From contig NC_090599.1 of assembly GCF_000497125.1 (NCBI RefSeq), positions 868,001 to 932,000 on the forward strand: a DNA stretch of 64,000 nt, given 5' to 3'. The position numbers and the translations under genes are program-made. This document shows positions 62,305-64,000 of the stretch, one piece after another; position 1 is the stretch's first letter, and every line of letters starts with the position of its first letter. Source of the stretch: Spironucleus salmonicida. Its lineage: Eukaryota. The notes below the pieces were generated by a model. The model made no database searches and was not told the origin of the DNA. It was given only the letters and a program-made list of their open reading frames with translations.

Positions 62305-64000
62305 TTTTGAAATTAAAAAAATAAACTATGTATATATTACCTAAATTATCGAAACGTGTTAAATTTACTTATGGTTATATAAGTTGTTCAGTGCAGATTA
62401 AATAAAATATTGATTTATTTTCAATAATTTATGTATTATTATTATTATTTTATTCATTTATTGTTATAGTAAAAACTAAATAAAACTAAGATAATTGAAA
62501 TATATATATAAATATATGACTTATACTTCGGTTAAAAATTTCAATGACGATTATTATTCAATATTTTTCAATTTTGAAAATAAATATAACGGTTTACTTT
62601 TGAGATACTACATATAATGGACACATTATTATTTAATTAACAAGAATATTAATATTTATTAGTTTAGAAAGAGTATAAAATAAATTGTATACTAAAACAG
62701 AATCGTATAGATAAATGTTTATATATACTATTACAGCATAAATAGACCTGGACTAGATATGACAAATTTAGGCCAATCAATAAAGGTGGTTCTTAGGGTA
62801 TAAAATGTTATAACCGTTAGTTATTTGTGCATAATTACTATATTCGTTATAAATTATTGATTCATAGCTGATCAGGATATCTGAATCAATAAGGACCTAT
62901 CAAACGCGAAAATTTAGCTTAGTATAAATCTAGTTTTATTATTTTCGGTAATAATTCACTGTGAGAATTAAGTAAATTTATCCTTATTAATTAGCATGTA
63001 TAAAAGATCACAGTTCATGAAGCAATGTATCCCATTTTAAAATAGGTAGGCCTTGTTTTGTAAACCTAAATAGATATTACTCTCATAGTTTCTATTGGAT
63101 TGCTTAAAATCATAAAAGCAGCTAATAATGAGTATATGTTAAATTTTTATTTTTAAGAGTGTTAACCAGTCAAGTACTTACTTCTATTGGGAAATTTATA
63201 TTGTTGACATCTTTTTCGTATACTTTATTTAAATCCAAAAATACTTGTAAGGTTAAAATAAAACTTTTGTATTTTAAAAGTATATATATATATATTATAT
63301 GTTTTAGAGTGGCAATATTTTTATTATATTCTGGTATATAATATTATGTTTTTCCACTTTATTTTCTATTCCTTACTTAATATTATATAGTATATAATAA
63401 CTTTTAGCTTTTGAAAACTACGAAACTATATATCTCCCACTTCTGTTGTTGTATACTTAAATCTTTTTAAGTATTATATCCAATATATAGTATAATAAAA
63501 TTGTGTAAAGTAGAAGTTTCCTACGTATGGGTAATGGCAATTATAAATTTTTAACGATGCCTCTGGGCTTAAGTCCAGATAATGGCATAATAGCTTGGCC
63601 GAAAGTTTAAATGCCAAAAAAGTTAAATTGTGAGTGGAGGCTCAGTTTCATTTTTAGCAAGACAGAACTGTCTGTTACAATAAGAATGAAACAATGAAAA
63701 TTAATTTAACAAAAATAAAATAGAAAACGACCTTTTATCATCAGGTTGGCCAAAACTATTAACGATTAAAATTTTTGAGTAGGAATTTTAAAAAAGTGAT
63801 TTTTCAAACTTTCAGTAGGCGACTAGCAATTGAGGGTCCTTGTGTTAACACATTTTGGTGGTGCTAGATGACTTCTCTGGATGACCTTGTGCGAAACATG
63901 ATCTAGGTTTGTCAGAGGGATGAGAACCGACATAAATATTATATATTCTATATATCGACAATATATGCATAAATTAGTTTTTTCTACGTATACAATTCTG

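Overview
Eukaryotic, gene-dense DNA with no introns evident, from a hexamitid diplomonad (Spironucleus/Hexamita-like). It uses the TAA/TAG=Gln code (translation table 6, TGA the only stop), so the supplied standard-code ORF track fragments or misses most genes. I re-read all CDS coordinates by hand in code 6. The first ~14 kb is AT-rich single-copy DNA: MOB4/phocein, a catalytically dead cathepsin B-like protein, a DHHC palmitoyltransferase, seryl-tRNA synthetase and several small Myb proteins. From ~14.5 to 58.2 kb the window is a chain of interlocking, near-identical inverted repeats (arms of about 0.7-6.4 kb). They are built from a very GC-rich cassette: cysteine-rich membrane protein, hypothetical, two-repeat Myb, ~0.75-kb module, redox-inactive PDI-like protein, hypothetical, 4-TM protein. 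The Myb gene occurs five times in strictly alternating orientation. Unique AT-rich genes sit in the loops between arms (CFAP299, RuvBL2, a 301-aa protein, a MalY/PatB-type PLP enzyme), and two loops hold exactly one gene. The arms also duplicate a tRNA-Val(GAC) and an LtaS/OpgB-like membrane phosphotransferase. A 1089-aa cysteine-rich membrane protein lies near the right end. I recognised no transposase, recombinase, CRISPR or rRNA.
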